NCBI GenBank assembly: GCA_963842085.1 | Contig: CAWJET010000001.1 | Coordinates: 1,568,001 to 1,632,000 of the forward strand | DNA: 64,000 nucleotides | Origin: an uncultured delta proteobacterium | GTDB taxonomy: Bacteria > Desulfobacterota > Binatia > Binatales > Binataceae | Reading direction: 5' to 3' | Part shown: in pieces, positions 1 through 10,202 of the stretch | How positions within the stretch are numbered: the first letter of the stretch is position 1 | Layout of the letters: each line of letters begins with the position of its first letter | The notes under the pieces: model-generated | What the model was told of the DNA's origin: nothing | Seen by the model: only the letters and a program-made list of their open reading frames with translations | Database searches by the model: none | Program-made: the position numbers and the translations under genes

Positions 1-1160
1 ATACAGCTTCAACGCTTACCGCTATGGGCGCTTCGGCGACATCTTGGGCAGGAAGTGGGGTAGCAAGCCGCTACAACGGCATGCGCAGCAACCTCACGAG
101 CAACCTCACACAATACATCACGAACCCGACGAAGGGTGTTGGTGGTTCGGGTTCGTCATTTGCTTCGGACTTAGAAACTTGGGATTTTGCAGACAGGCAA
201 AGTCTAGGCATCAATCCAAACGCACCGTGGACACCAATCTTGAGTAACTATGCTTATGCTCTTTCACGATGGCAACTTACTAAAGTGTGGGAAATGATGC
301 ATGAGTTCAACCTTGAGGGGCAGCTTTCTCAGTCCGAAGGCTACAATCTTACCATGCCGACCGATGATCGGGTATGGAATGCCGCTGAGCCGTTCATGTC
401 AGCTCTATTCCGCATAGGTATTCCAACCGAGCCCAACGGTGAACAGCCGTACTACAACGCAAGTGATAATAACTTTTACGGTGATCAACTCAAGGATACA
501 TATTTCACGAGTGCGTGGTACTACGTGCAAATTCTGCTGCACTCGGGCCAGCGTCAACGCGGCGGTAACAGTCCTATTGACTGGGGCTACTACCTCAACC
601 ATATGGGTAATGAGTCGTCGTTAAATGGTCACCTCGGATATGCTGGACTCATGACGATGGTATGGCTCAATGCCCAGCAGGAGGATACGACCACCGCGAA
701 TGCCGGTTCGAGAGTCCATAACAGCTCGGGCTATTTGCTGGATCCCGACTATGGGTTTAATCCGGCTTGGGGCTCCGCGCTCGATAACCTCGTCTTTCCG
801 CAGTACTTTGGCTACGGGGCACCGGGACCGTGGGCTAACCTGAGCCCCGCCAATGCGGGACAACTGGTCGGGACACTGAGTATGGCGTGGTTGAATGAGG
901 CCTCGACGTGGACACCTGCACAATGGGATTCCGTTAAGAATGATGATGGCACTGCTTTCGGCTCACCGAGTCTTGTATGTACGACCGGTCAGTACGATGG
1001 CACGGCTGCCGGCAACCGCACCTATACCGCGATATCCGAATTTCAAAGCAGCCCTTACGACAATGACGACGTCTCGGGCAATGTGCTGACCGCTGATATG
1101 ACTGCCTTGGCGACCTGGGCAACTACGATCTGGCTAGCGTGCAATTGGAGTCAGTTTTAA
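1..1160 (+). CDS. 3' part (runs off the window start) of a large secreted mono-haem cytochrome c-like protein, copy 1
   Basis: Nucleotides 1-1160 align to 8755-9911 (one 3-bp indel). Same C-terminus CNWSQF. The ATG at 24 is internal, and the haem motif itself lies outside the window. Confidence 0.85.
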   Translation, partial: TASTLTAMGASATSWAGSGVASRYNGMRSNLTSNLTQYITNPTKGVGGSGSSFASDLETWDFADRQSLGINPNAPWTPILSNYAYALSRWQLTKVWEMMHEFNLEGQLSQSEGYNLTMPTDDRVWNAAEPFMSALFRIGIPTEPNGEQPYYNASDNNFYGDQLKDTYFTSAWYYVQILLHSGQRQRGGNSPIDWGYYLNHMGNESSLNGHLGYAGLMTMVWLNAQQEDTTTANAGSRVHNSSGYLLDPDYGFNPAWGSALDNLVFPQYFGYGAPGPWANLSPANAGQLVGTLSMAWLNEASTWTPAQWDSVKNDDGTAFGSPSLVCTTGQYDGTAAGNRTYTAISEFQSSPYDNDDVSGNVLTADMTALATWATTIWLACNWSQF

Positions 1161-1968
1161 CGGCCCGCTCTGTCGACAGTCGATGGGATCGCGGCTAGCG
1201 TCTGACTCTTTTTCCGCTGGCTTCTTCGCTGCGTGCGGCCGCAGACGTCACCCAGCGGCTATCATGCCAGACTAGGAAGCATATTTCCCTGAACGCTTCG
1301 AGCGCTCAAGGTCTAACCGAACCTGCATTCGGACGGCACTGACGATCACTGACGATCTTTTCCGGGGTTTCAAGTATCGCCGGTGATGCTCCTGCAGTGG
1401 CCTGACCTGCTCAAAAGCCGTTGATACCGCCAGACCCGGCTGAAACGAGACCTGCTGATTTGAAATTCTATCTTTTTCCTCCCATGCAGTGTTATATTAT
1501 GTCGTCTGTTTTATTCGATTGATTTAAGTTATCATTCAAGCGGTTTCCGATAGATGCAAACCGCGCTGAATTCGCGAGTCTTTCGCGATTACGACGTCTG
1601 CGGCACCGAGAGATGGCGCGTGCACTACAACACGGGGCGACCGGACTCCTCGCTTGGCTACCGCCCGCCGGCGCCGGCCGCGGTGGAAAGTCGTGAGCTA
1701 ACTTCATTGGCAAGTGTGGTGACCTAGACTAACACTTCAACTGGTACAAAAGATCGGGCAGGCCAGCCCGGCGGATGTCGTCATTTTCGAGCGCTTTGGT
1801 GCCCACGTGAGACAGAACAGGCCCGTTGCGGTGAGGGAAAGGATCTGCGACAGAAACTTGTTTAAACTCTGAGTTTGCGGCCAGTTTGTTGTTCGTGCGA
1901 ATCTAACTCAAGGGTCAGAATGGAGATGCCGGTCGATTATGAGATTTGGCTGGTAGGGCTATAAAATC

Positions 1969-4296
1969 ATGACTCTTTCACGTTTCCTCAGTGGTTCGTT
2001 TTCCAAAACAAGCTCGGTTGTCATTTCTTTTTTGCTCATCGCAGGGGCCTTAGACGGGACCCAATTTCTCTCGTTGGTTCCCTCTGCACAAGCGGCGCTG
2101 ACACTCCAAGTTACGAGTCCCGCGGCGGGATCAACGGTGAGTGGGAACATAACCTTTACCGTCGCCGCGAGTGATCCCTCACAAATCGCGAAACTCGAAT
2201 ATCATGTTCTTGGACATTCCGTAAATCAAGGCCAGTCCGTTACATCAGCCCCCTATAGTCTTACCTGGAATACGAATTGGTATTGGGATGGCAGGGTGGA
2301 CGTTGTGGCGGTTGCAGAGGATGCTTCGGGCAATGAAATTGTGCGAAGCGCTCCGATCCATATCGTCATCAAGAATACCTCAAGCGTTGTCAGAATCACG
2401 GGGCCCACCAACGGCCAAGTGGTAAAGGGCGTCATCAATTGGTCTACTCAGTCTTTTGATCCGAAAATCGTGCAGGCGATTAATTACATTGTTGACGGTC
2501 GGAACGTCGCGACCGATTATAATGTCAGCAATACCACAAGCTATAACGACAAGGTAAAGTTCGATACTAGCAAACTTCCGAACGGCATCCACGATTTCTT
2601 CGTGTGGGAACTACATCCCGCCGATCCCAATCATAAGAACGCCAATAATCCGAGCGCGATGGATGATGTAAAACTCGATGTTGAGAACGGTCACTTGCCG
2701 CTCGAAGTTCGCGGGAAGTGGTTTGACGTTTATCTTGCTCGCGGAGAGCAGGCGAATCTTTCTCCGCAGTTGATCTATGCCGACGGAGCATCGGCGGCGC
2801 TCACAAGCGGAGTGACTTATGTCAGCGATAATACTTCCGTAGCAACGGTAGACGGGAATGGGAATGTTACCGCCGTCGCGCAGGGAGCAACATTTATTAC
2901 GATAACGTCCGGATCGCTTTCCGGGAATACGCGTATCGTTGTCCGCCCCCGGGATTTTCCCCATTTTTCAGCGAAAGGGAAAATTGTCTACTCGTATGAT
3001 CCCACGATTTCTCTTTGGATCAGAACGTTGTTTAACGCGCAACCCGGCCCCAACTCAAATTATGGCTATAATATCAACCCCGCGGTTTTTCACGCATCTG
3101 GGGTGAATGCGTTAAATGCAGGATTTTACCAAAATCCGGCGGATCTTGGCTATTCTCTAAGTACGCCTCAGCTGTCTCAATGGGAAGCGCAGTGGACTGC
3201 TCATTTCTGGAACGATATGGAAAATTGGCTGAAGACCAATAAATTCGCTTACGTCGCTACCGGAGATGATTTGTGGCGTTCATCTAACGAAGAGAACATG
3301 ACTCTAGGATGGGGAGGAGACGCCGCAAAGTATGCCATGCAGCGGGTTCTGCGCGATGGCGTTGTTACTTCAATTGAGGGCTACGACGAAACAGGGGGAG
3401 TCCCTGTCCATTCTAAAGATAGACACGCCATGAATGTCATTAACAGTGTTTCACATCCTCCGCTTACCTGGCAGGTGCAGGCGCTCCAGGGTCCTGATGC
3501 TGATGCGGCTTGGATGGGTGACCCTACAATGTCCAACTACGCGACGTGGTATTGGACATATGCCCATGGAGGCATTCGGGCGGAGTATCCATGGGCGTTC
3601 TCTAACTATACCAACCTTTTGAACATGAACTTGATCATGCGTAATCGACTTGGTTATATCCAGATCAATCAGCCTCAGCTCATGCTCACGCAGTGCACCG
3701 GTCCCTTCTATACGAAAATGGTTGCAGGATCTTCCTACCAGCCAGGGCAGGATCTTTTGCAAGAGCCGGGAGCTACCCCAGAGCAAGTTTCGGCCGAGAT
3801 TATGTACGCAGAAGCAATGGGTATGGCCGGGGTTCGCGTCTATGCCTTTGACGGCGGCATTTGGTCGCATGAGCGTCCAAATAGTCCTATCGGTAGCCAA
3901 GATCGGCAAACCGGCTGTTCGCCTGACGTTGCAGGGCAGGATGATTGGGCGGCGGTTTCCGCGGCCTTCAACTTGATACAAAAATTGGAGCCGTACATAC
4001 TCCAGCCCCAGATGAACGCTATCAATCTTGGTTCACGGATAGTAACGGGGGCAAAACAAGGACCGAATGGCAGACTTTTTACTGCGGTGAGTTGGGATGA
4101 GATTCCTCACGCCATTCACGCTGATTTGACTCCGTACAGGTATCCCGGCGCAAGATCCGTAATCCGCCATCACGTTTTAGGGGCTCGAAGTTGGTCGGAA
4201 GCCGTCCCAAATGATACGATCGCTGACCTGACGCTTCAGCCGGGGGAGAGCATTATATGGCTCTTTACCCCCAGCCAAGTTTCCGGCAGCAGGTAG
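1969..4296 (+). CDS. Secreted protein with bacterial Ig-like domains and a C-terminal putative glycoside hydrolase-like domain
   Basis: 775-aa ORF. Hydrophobic signal ending AQA. Ig-like segments (VTSPAAGSTVSGNITFTV, SAPYSLTWNT) and a Big_2-like SDNTSVATVDGNGNVTAVAQG. Aromatic-rich C-terminal ~430 aa containing IEGYDE. Confidence 0.7.
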   Translation: MTLSRFLSGSFSKTSSVVISFLLIAGALDGTQFLSLVPSAQAALTLQVTSPAAGSTVSGNITFTVAASDPSQIAKLEYHVLGHSVNQGQSVTSAPYSLTWNTNWYWDGRVDVVAVAEDASGNEIVRSAPIHIVIKNTSSVVRITGPTNGQVVKGVINWSTQSFDPKIVQAINYIVDGRNVATDYNVSNTTSYNDKVKFDTSKLPNGIHDFFVWELHPADPNHKNANNPSAMDDVKLDVENGHLPLEVRGKWFDVYLARGEQANLSPQLIYADGASAALTSGVTYVSDNTSVATVDGNGNVTAVAQGATFITITSGSLSGNTRIVVRPRDFPHFSAKGKIVYSYDPTISLWIRTLFNAQPGPNSNYGYNINPAVFHASGVNALNAGFYQNPADLGYSLSTPQLSQWEAQWTAHFWNDMENWLKTNKFAYVATGDDLWRSSNEENMTLGWGGDAAKYAMQRVLRDGVVTSIEGYDETGGVPVHSKDRHAMNVINSVSHPPLTWQVQALQGPDADAAWMGDPTMSNYATWYWTYAHGGIRAEYPWAFSNYTNLLNMNLIMRNRLGYIQINQPQLMLTQCTGPFYTKMVAGSSYQPGQDLLQEPGATPEQVSAEIMYAEAMGMAGVRVYAFDGGIWSHERPNSPIGSQDRQTGCSPDVAGQDDWAAVSAAFNLIQKLEPYILQPQMNAINLGSRIVTGAKQGPNGRLFTAVSWDEIPHAIHADLTPYRYPGARSVIRHHVLGARSWSEAVPNDTIADLTLQPGESIIWLFTPSQVSGSR

Positions 4297-4374
4297 CTAC
4301 TGCGCTCTCACGATAAGGCCTGCATACCCGAAGTAGCCGCCTTCAAAGCAGACTCCTTACCCTCTTGGTTGCGG

Positions 4375-4834
4375 TGGCCTGCACCCCGAAAACTCAGCCG
4401 AAATGAGGTAGAGTCCGTCGCCTGAAAAGGAGACGGGCAATGAAAGGAAGCCGCTTCACGGAGGAGCAGATCATCGGGGTGCTGCGGGAGCAGGAGGCCG
4501 GGGCCAGGACCGAAGAGGTGTGCCGGCGTCACGGGATCTCAAGCGCGACATTTTACAAGTGGAAGTCGAAGTACGGCGGGCTGGAGGTATCGGACGCCAG
4601 GCGGCTGAAGGCGCTGGATGATGAGAACCGGCGCTTGAAACGACTGTTGGCCGAGTCGCTCTTGGACAACGCGGCGCTCAAGGACCTGCTCGGAAAAAAC
4701 GTCTGAAGCCTGGGGCGCGGCGAGTAGCAGTGATTTGGGTAATGGAGCGTCACGGGCTGAGTCAGCGGCACGCGTGCGAGTTGGTGGGGCTGGATCGTTC
4801 GACTTTGCGCTACCGGTGCAAACGACCGGACGAC
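4375..4834 (+). mobile_element. Truncated IS3-family element (IS407-like): left end, orfA and the start of orfB
   Basis: Begins TGGCCTGCACCCCGAAAA. orfA at 4440-4706. A6C slippery site at 4694-4700. orfB start (..ERHGLSQRHACELVGLDRSTLRY..RPDD) breaks at about 4834. Confidence 0.85.
4440..4706 (+). CDS. IS3-family transposase OrfA (HTH)
   Basis: MKGSRFTEEQIIGVLREQEAG..VCRRHGISSATFYKWKSKYGG..LKALDDENRRLKRLLAE is the typical IS3 OrfA pattern. AAGGAG RBS upstream. Confidence 0.92.
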   Translation: MKGSRFTEEQIIGVLREQEAGARTEEVCRRHGISSATFYKWKSKYGGLEVSDARRLKALDDENRRLKRLLAESLLDNAALKDLLGKNV

Positions 4835-5788
4835 TTGCGTTGCTTGTGCACTCTACAGCGTTGCACCACCGACAGATCGCCGAACACGTCGGCGAGCGCC
4901 TTTCTGATCCCGCGCCCGCCGTCGATCACGCACAGGACGCGGCCGTCGACCTTGAGCCCGCGCTCGAGCAGATCGTTGAGCAGCGAGGTGCAAAGCGCGG
5001 CATTCTCGGTCGAGTCCAGCCCCAGGCCCAGCACTGCTTTGCGTCCGTCGGCCAAAATCCCCAGCGCCACCACCACGGTGCGATGCGCGATCTCGATGCC
5101 GTCGACCATCAGCACCAGCAGGTCGAGTTGTTCGAGCCGGCGGCTCAGTTGCTCGCGCAGCTTGTCGCTCCTGCGCGCGATCAGGTGGCGGCTCGCTGAA
5201 CTCTTGCTGGCTCCGCGGACGATTATCTCGGCGGGCGCCGGCTCCAGGCTCTGGTCGTAACCGCGGGTCGAGACTCCGAGCAGGATCTGGTTGAGCACCC
5301 GCGCGGGAACCGGATCTATGGCGCGGAAGTGGGAGGCACTTTTCAGCTGCGCCTCGCCTCCACCCACGCCGCGTATTCGTGGACAAGGTACAACTATCCG
5401 CCGGCCACCGAACGGCAGCACGATCGGCGCTGCACCCCAGCGATAATGAGATCGCTCGGCGCGATGCTTGCCCCGGGGTCCGGCCAGTTCCACCACGTCC
5501 AGCTCGAACAACTCTTTTAGCGCATTGACCCCCACCTGCTGCACCCAGGCGAACAGCTCGCGCCGGCTGTGGACGATGCCCTCGATCATCGGCAGCGGCA
5601 GCTGCTGCGTTGTCAACAACAGACCGGCGCCAACTTGCGCCGGCACTCTGGCGTTTGCTGTGTTCTTCATCGGCGGTTCCTTCTTCCCACCTCGGGGACG
5701 GTGTTCTTGCCAGACCCATTCTCAGGTCGGCCCGGAGCCGCCGCTACTTACTCAAATTCGAATTTCAACATCCGGTGGGACATCGCCC
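4835..5788 (-). mobile_element. 3'-truncated IS256-family element (transposase pseudogene)
   Basis: ORF 4810-5670(-) has GVSTR, LMVDG, VALGI..DGRKAVLG, VIDGGRGIRKA and QRCRVHK (Mutator/IS256 motifs) and is cut right after QRCRVHKQR. Probable end GGCGATGTCCCACCGGATGTTGAAATT at about 5761-5787. Confidence 0.85.
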
Positions 5789-6161
5789 TTCGATTTCAAG
5801 ACCACAGACAACTAGTGGGCGGATTTGCTACTAAGAGGTGCAATAATGAAACAAAGTGCATGAACAGCAAGTTAAACAAACTGCGATCGGACGTCTTGCC
5901 AGATTCGCTCCGTGTCCTGACCTGAGTTGGCAGATGGAAACCCTTTTGGGAGGGGCTCGTCATATGGAGGATTTTGCTACATATTGGCCTATTATGTTAC
6001 AGGAACTCTTAGCAACTTAATGCCACCTCCCGGTGGACCTCCCTGGCTGGCTGCATCCCACAAAAGATAAAGAAGCGCGCTGGGCATGAGTCCTCAAACG
6101 CGACTGGCTCGTCATTTGCTTCAGAGCGTGTTCCCCGACGTTGGGCCCGGGGAGGGGATGA

Positions 6162-9100
6162 ATGCGTAGACGCTACTCATTGGCATTTTTTCTATCCGTC
6201 TGTTTACTGATAGTGTGCGCCAGCGCGCAGTCCAGCGCTGCAACTGCAATCAACTTCAGCAACGGCTTCGCCAGCACGGCTGGACTTTCACTGAACAATG
6301 GTGCAACTAGCAACGGCACCCGCCTACGCCTCACCGACGGTCAAATATATGAAGCGCGTAGCGCTTTCTTTGGCAGTCCGGTCAGCATCTCGGCATTCAC
6401 TAACAATTTCACTTTCCAGCTGACCAATCCGAACGCAGATGGCTTTACATTTACAATCTGCAATTCTGCGAGCGCCCTTGGGGGCGATGGGGGCGACCTC
6501 GGGTATGCGGGAATCCTCAACAGCGTGGCGATAAAGTTTGACCTCTACAACAACTCGGGTGAAGGACCAAACTCCACGGGGCTCTACCAAGATGGCCAGA
6601 TGCCGACCGTGCCGGCCGTGTCGCTGGTTAACACCGGTATCGATCTCCACAGTGGCGACGTTTTTGCCGTACAGATGACCTACAACGGCGCGATACTGGC
6701 GGTAACGATCAACGATACCTCGACCGGGGCATCTTTCTCACAGAACTATTCGGTCAACATTCCCCAACTCGTGGGGGCCTCTACCGGCTACGTGGGCTTC
6801 ACCGCAGGGACCGGAGCCCTGACCGCGGTGCAAGACATCATTACCTGGAATTACGTGACCGGCGCTCAGTCGTCGCCGACGGCGACTGCGACGCCGACCG
6901 CGAGCGTCACACCGACCGGGACTCCGACGGTGGTGTCCGGGCAAGCGATAACGGCGGCGGGTCCGCACAAGACCAATTCCGAATACAACGGCCAGAGCTT
7001 GACCCTGCCGTCGTCGCCAGCAGCGTCGGGCAATTCCTGCCTCGCGGTGATCCTGCACGACGGGCTCGATTCAGTCGTCGCGCCTGCGCGATGGAGCAAG
7101 GTGTTCGGATTGACCTCAACCAGCGGCACGGGAGCGTCGGCGACCGGGTGGTGTGCCACCAGTCCGACCAGCTACACATGGAGTTTTGGCAGCGGCAGTC
7201 GCAAGTCAGCGGGCGGGCTTCAGTGCTTCAGCAATTGGCAATGCAAGCTCGACGGCGCACCCAGTTACAACACTGGAAATTCCAACAACCCAATGGCGCA
7301 GTCGGTGACGCCGACGGTAGTTGGAGATCTATTGGTTGCGGCGGTGCTCGATATGAGCGCGGGGATTGGCTATGCAGCTCCGCAAGGACTTACGCAAGAC
7401 TGGCAGGAGGTCGACGTGGGAGACGGGATCTCCAACGAGGGGTGGTACGCAGGCCCGCTCACGTCTCTGAACCCGACGGGGAATCTCACCTTCACCAGCG
7501 GCTCGAGCCAGCCCTGGATGGCGCTTCAGATACTGCTGCAGCCTGTGAACACCCCGCCCACGCCGACCGCGACTCCCACTCCCACGCCCTCTACCGCGGC
7601 ACCGACCACGACGCCTAGCAGCACGCCGACCGCGACTCCGACGCGCACGGCGACGGCAAGTAGCACGCCGACCGCGACCGTCACGCCGACTGGGACTCCG
7701 ACGCGCACGGCGACGGCAAGTAGCACGCCGACCGCGACGCCGACCGCTACGGCGACGCCAGTTTCCGGCGCGATGGTAATGCCGATCGAAGTGATCGGTC
7801 CGCAGGGCGAGACGGGAACGCGAAGCTTCACGCTGACCTCGGCGCAAGCCAACAGCGCGGTGACGTTCTGGCTTCAGGGTAACCATCTCGGCTACGTACC
7901 CTCGCTGCAGAAGTTGCCGCCAGGTAAGGCCAGTATCTCGCTCAATGGCGGGCCGTGGCTGGCGCTCACGAACGAAACGGTGACGGTGCTGCCGCCAGGG
8001 GCAAATTACGAAGGTATCGATGGCGGCCTATTCGACACGGTCAAGGTCACCATCCCGATAAGCACGCTTGGATCGGTGGTTGCCGGCACGAACACGGTCA
8101 GCTTTAGGATGAACCAGACTGATGGTGTCACAACTGGGTTTAGAATTATCGCATTCAACCTGCTTGCCTCGGACGGTTCGCAGATCATGCCGGCGACTCA
8201 GTTCGCCAATGACGACCCGAGTCTTTGGACGGCACCGCTCAACGATTCCGCCGACATCAGCGCGGGTCAAACACTCTGGCATACCGCGACCCTCGCGCAA
8301 TCGTCTTTGACGACCTCGACGATTAAGGCACACTGCGCCGATTGTCATGCCCAAGATGGGCGCGACCTGAAGTATTTCAATTACTCGAATTATTCAATTA
8401 TTCAGCGCAGCCAATTTCACGGCCTGAGCCAGCTTCAGGGTGAGCAGATCGCGAGCTATATCCGCTCGGGCATCCCGAATGCGCCGGCGTTCTCGCAGTA
8501 TGCGCGGCCGTGGAACCCGCCTTATCAGCCTGGGCCGGGGTTGAACTCGCATTCGATCGCGGACTGGTCGGCTGGGGCTGGCATCCAATGGGTGCTGGAC
8601 GATGATACACAAACACTCAACTATATATTCCCCGATGGGTATACCCCCGCGGCGATACCAGCCACGGGCGCCATAGATAAGCGCGAAATTCCGGTGTTCC
8701 TGCCGATGCCAAGCTGGAACCAATGGCTGCCGACAGTCTCGCCGATGGATGCATATACAGCTTCAACGCTTACAGCTATGGGCGCTTCGGCGACATCTTG
8801 GGCAGGAAGTGGGGTAGCAAGCCGCTACAACGGCATGCGCAGCAACCTCACCAGCAACCTCACACAATACATCACGAACCCGACGAAGGGTGTTGGTGGT
8901 TCGGGTTCGTCATTTGCTTCGGATCTAGAAACTTGGGATTTTGCAGACAGGCAAAGTCTAGGCATCAATCCAAACGCACCGTGGACACCAATCTTAAGTA
9001 ACTATGCTTATGCTCTTTCACGATGGCAACTTGTTAAAGTGTGGGAAATGATGCATGAGTTCAACCTTGAGGGGCAGCTTTCTCAGTCCGAAGGCTACAA

Positions 9101-9911
9101 TCTTACCATGCCGACCGATGACCGGGTATGGAATGCCGCTGAGCCGTTCATGTCGGCTCTGTTCCGCATAGGTATCCCAACTAACCCTAATGGCACTGGT
9201 AGCCAAAATTCCAGCCAGAATAACTTTTACGGCGATGGATTGAAGGATACATATTTCACGAGTGCGTGGTACTACGTGCAAATTATGGTTCACTCGGGCC
9301 AGCGTCAACGCGGCGGTAACAACCCAATCGACTGGGGCTACTACCTCAACCATCAGGGCGAAGAGTCGTCGTTAAATGGTCACCTCGGATATGCTGGACT
9401 TATGACGATGGTATGGCTCAATGCACAGCAGGAGGATACGACCACCGCGAATGCCGGTTCGAAAGTCCATAACAGCTCGGGCTATTTGCTGGATCCCGAC
9501 TATGGGTTTAATCCGGCTTGGGGCTCCGCGCTCGATAACCTCGTCTTTCCGGAGTACTTTGGCTACGGGGCGCCGGGACCGTGGGCTAACCTGAGCCCCG
9601 TCAATACGGGACAACTGGTCGGTACGCTTAGTATGGCGTGGTTGAATGAGGCCTCGACGTGGACACCTGCACAATGGGATTCCGTTAAGAATGACGATGG
9701 CACTGCTTTCGGCTCACCGAGTCTTGTATGTACGACCAGTCAGTACGATGGCACGGCTGCCGGCAACCGCACCTATACCGCAATATCCGAATTTCAAAGC
9801 AGCCCTTACGACAATGACGACGTCTCGGGCAATGTGCCGACCGCTGATATGACTGCCTTGGCGACCTGGGCAGCTACGATTTGGCCAGCGTGCAATTGGA
9901 GTCAGTTTTAA
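6162..9911 (+). CDS. Large secreted protein, copy 2: signal peptide, legume-lectin-like domain, ~201-aa shared module, Pro/Thr linker, beta-sandwich, mono-haem c (CADCH) and C-terminal domain
   Basis: 1249-aa ORF with GGAGGGG RBS. L-type lectin motifs (FTNNFTFQLT..ADGFTF, SVAIKFD, GYVGFTAGTG). CxxCH at 8334-8348. Confidence 0.85.
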   Translation: MRRRYSLAFFLSVCLLIVCASAQSSAATAINFSNGFASTAGLSLNNGATSNGTRLRLTDGQIYEARSAFFGSPVSISAFTNNFTFQLTNPNADGFTFTICNSASALGGDGGDLGYAGILNSVAIKFDLYNNSGEGPNSTGLYQDGQMPTVPAVSLVNTGIDLHSGDVFAVQMTYNGAILAVTINDTSTGASFSQNYSVNIPQLVGASTGYVGFTAGTGALTAVQDIITWNYVTGAQSSPTATATPTASVTPTGTPTVVSGQAITAAGPHKTNSEYNGQSLTLPSSPAASGNSCLAVILHDGLDSVVAPARWSKVFGLTSTSGTGASATGWCATSPTSYTWSFGSGSRKSAGGLQCFSNWQCKLDGAPSYNTGNSNNPMAQSVTPTVVGDLLVAAVLDMSAGIGYAAPQGLTQDWQEVDVGDGISNEGWYAGPLTSLNPTGNLTFTSGSSQPWMALQILLQPVNTPPTPTATPTPTPSTAAPTTTPSSTPTATPTRTATASSTPTATVTPTGTPTRTATASSTPTATPTATATPVSGAMVMPIEVIGPQGETGTRSFTLTSAQANSAVTFWLQGNHLGYVPSLQKLPPGKASISLNGGPWLALTNETVTVLPPGANYEGIDGGLFDTVKVTIPISTLGSVVAGTNTVSFRMNQTDGVTTGFRIIAFNLLASDGSQIMPATQFANDDPSLWTAPLNDSADISAGQTLWHTATLAQSSLTTSTIKAHCADCHAQDGRDLKYFNYSNYSIIQRSQFHGLSQLQGEQIASYIRSGIPNAPAFSQYARPWNPPYQPGPGLNSHSIADWSAGAGIQWVLDDDTQTLNYIFPDGYTPAAIPATGAIDKREIPVFLPMPSWNQWLPTVSPMDAYTASTLTAMGASATSWAGSGVASRYNGMRSNLTSNLTQYITNPTKGVGGSGSSFASDLETWDFADRQSLGINPNAPWTPILSNYAYALSRWQLVKVWEMMHEFNLEGQLSQSEGYNLTMPTDDRVWNAAEPFMSALFRIGIPTNPNGTGSQNSSQNNFYGDGLKDTYFTSAWYYVQIMVHSGQRQRGGNNPIDWGYYLNHQGEESSLNGHLGYAGLMTMVWLNAQQEDTTTANAGSKVHNSSGYLLDPDYGFNPAWGSALDNLVFPEYFGYGAPGPWANLSPVNTGQLVGTLSMAWLNEASTWTPAQWDSVKNDDGTAFGSPSLVCTTSQYDGTAAGNRTYTAISEFQSSPYDNDDVSGNVPTADMTALATWAATIWPACNWSQF

Positions 9912-10202
9912 CGGCGCGCTCCGTCGACAGTCGATGTGATCGTGTCGCTGGTTTGCCCATTGCGTGCCGGCCGCAGATGGCCCCCCTGCGGCTCTAGCAC
10001 GCAGGACTGTCAAGCATATTTGCTCGATATGTTCAGCTCGAAGCAAACGCTTCGAGCGCTCAAGGTCTAACCGAACCTAACATTCGGACTTCACACCGAC
10101 TTGCTTGTGTTTGTCCCCTATGCGGGCCCAGCCCCGAGCGAAAGGGATTGCAATGGTGGAAGTGAGCCGGGTGCAGCCGCATATTCGGCCGGTTAGTTTT
10201 AA
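6942..10202 (+). repeat. Left arm of a 3261-bp inverted repeat (partner 12595-15855)
   Basis: Paired coordinates sum to 22797 throughout. Six-frame ORFs are mirrored identically (e.g. 8028-8354 vs 14443-14769, 9714-10046 vs 12751-13083). The last mismatch I found is at 7671/15126. Confidence 0.95.
10036..10057. other. Perfect 9-bp hairpin GCTCGAAGC-AAAC-GCTTCGAGC downstream of copy 2 (mirrored at 12740-12761)
   Basis: Read directly from the sequence. There is no poly-U tail, so a terminator role is uncertain. Confidence 0.5.

Noticed and set aside
1337-1357. 10-bp tandem duplication CACTGACGAT x2
   Set aside because: Isolated. Could be slippage or an excision footprint, with nothing else to support it.
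1656-1666. ops/JUMPstart-like GGCGGTAG on the minus strand
   Set aside because: Wrong orientation for the downstream gene and expected by chance in GC-rich DNA.
7545-7770. Short repeats (ACGCCGACCGCGAC..) as a CRISPR-like or non-coding array
   Set aside because: They are in-frame Pro/Thr linker codons with no regular spacer structure and no cas genes.
1-9911. Diversity-generating retroelement (TR/VR pair) explaining the variable patch between copies
   Set aside because: Differences are not adenine-specific, include an indel and many synonymous changes, and no reverse transcriptase is present.
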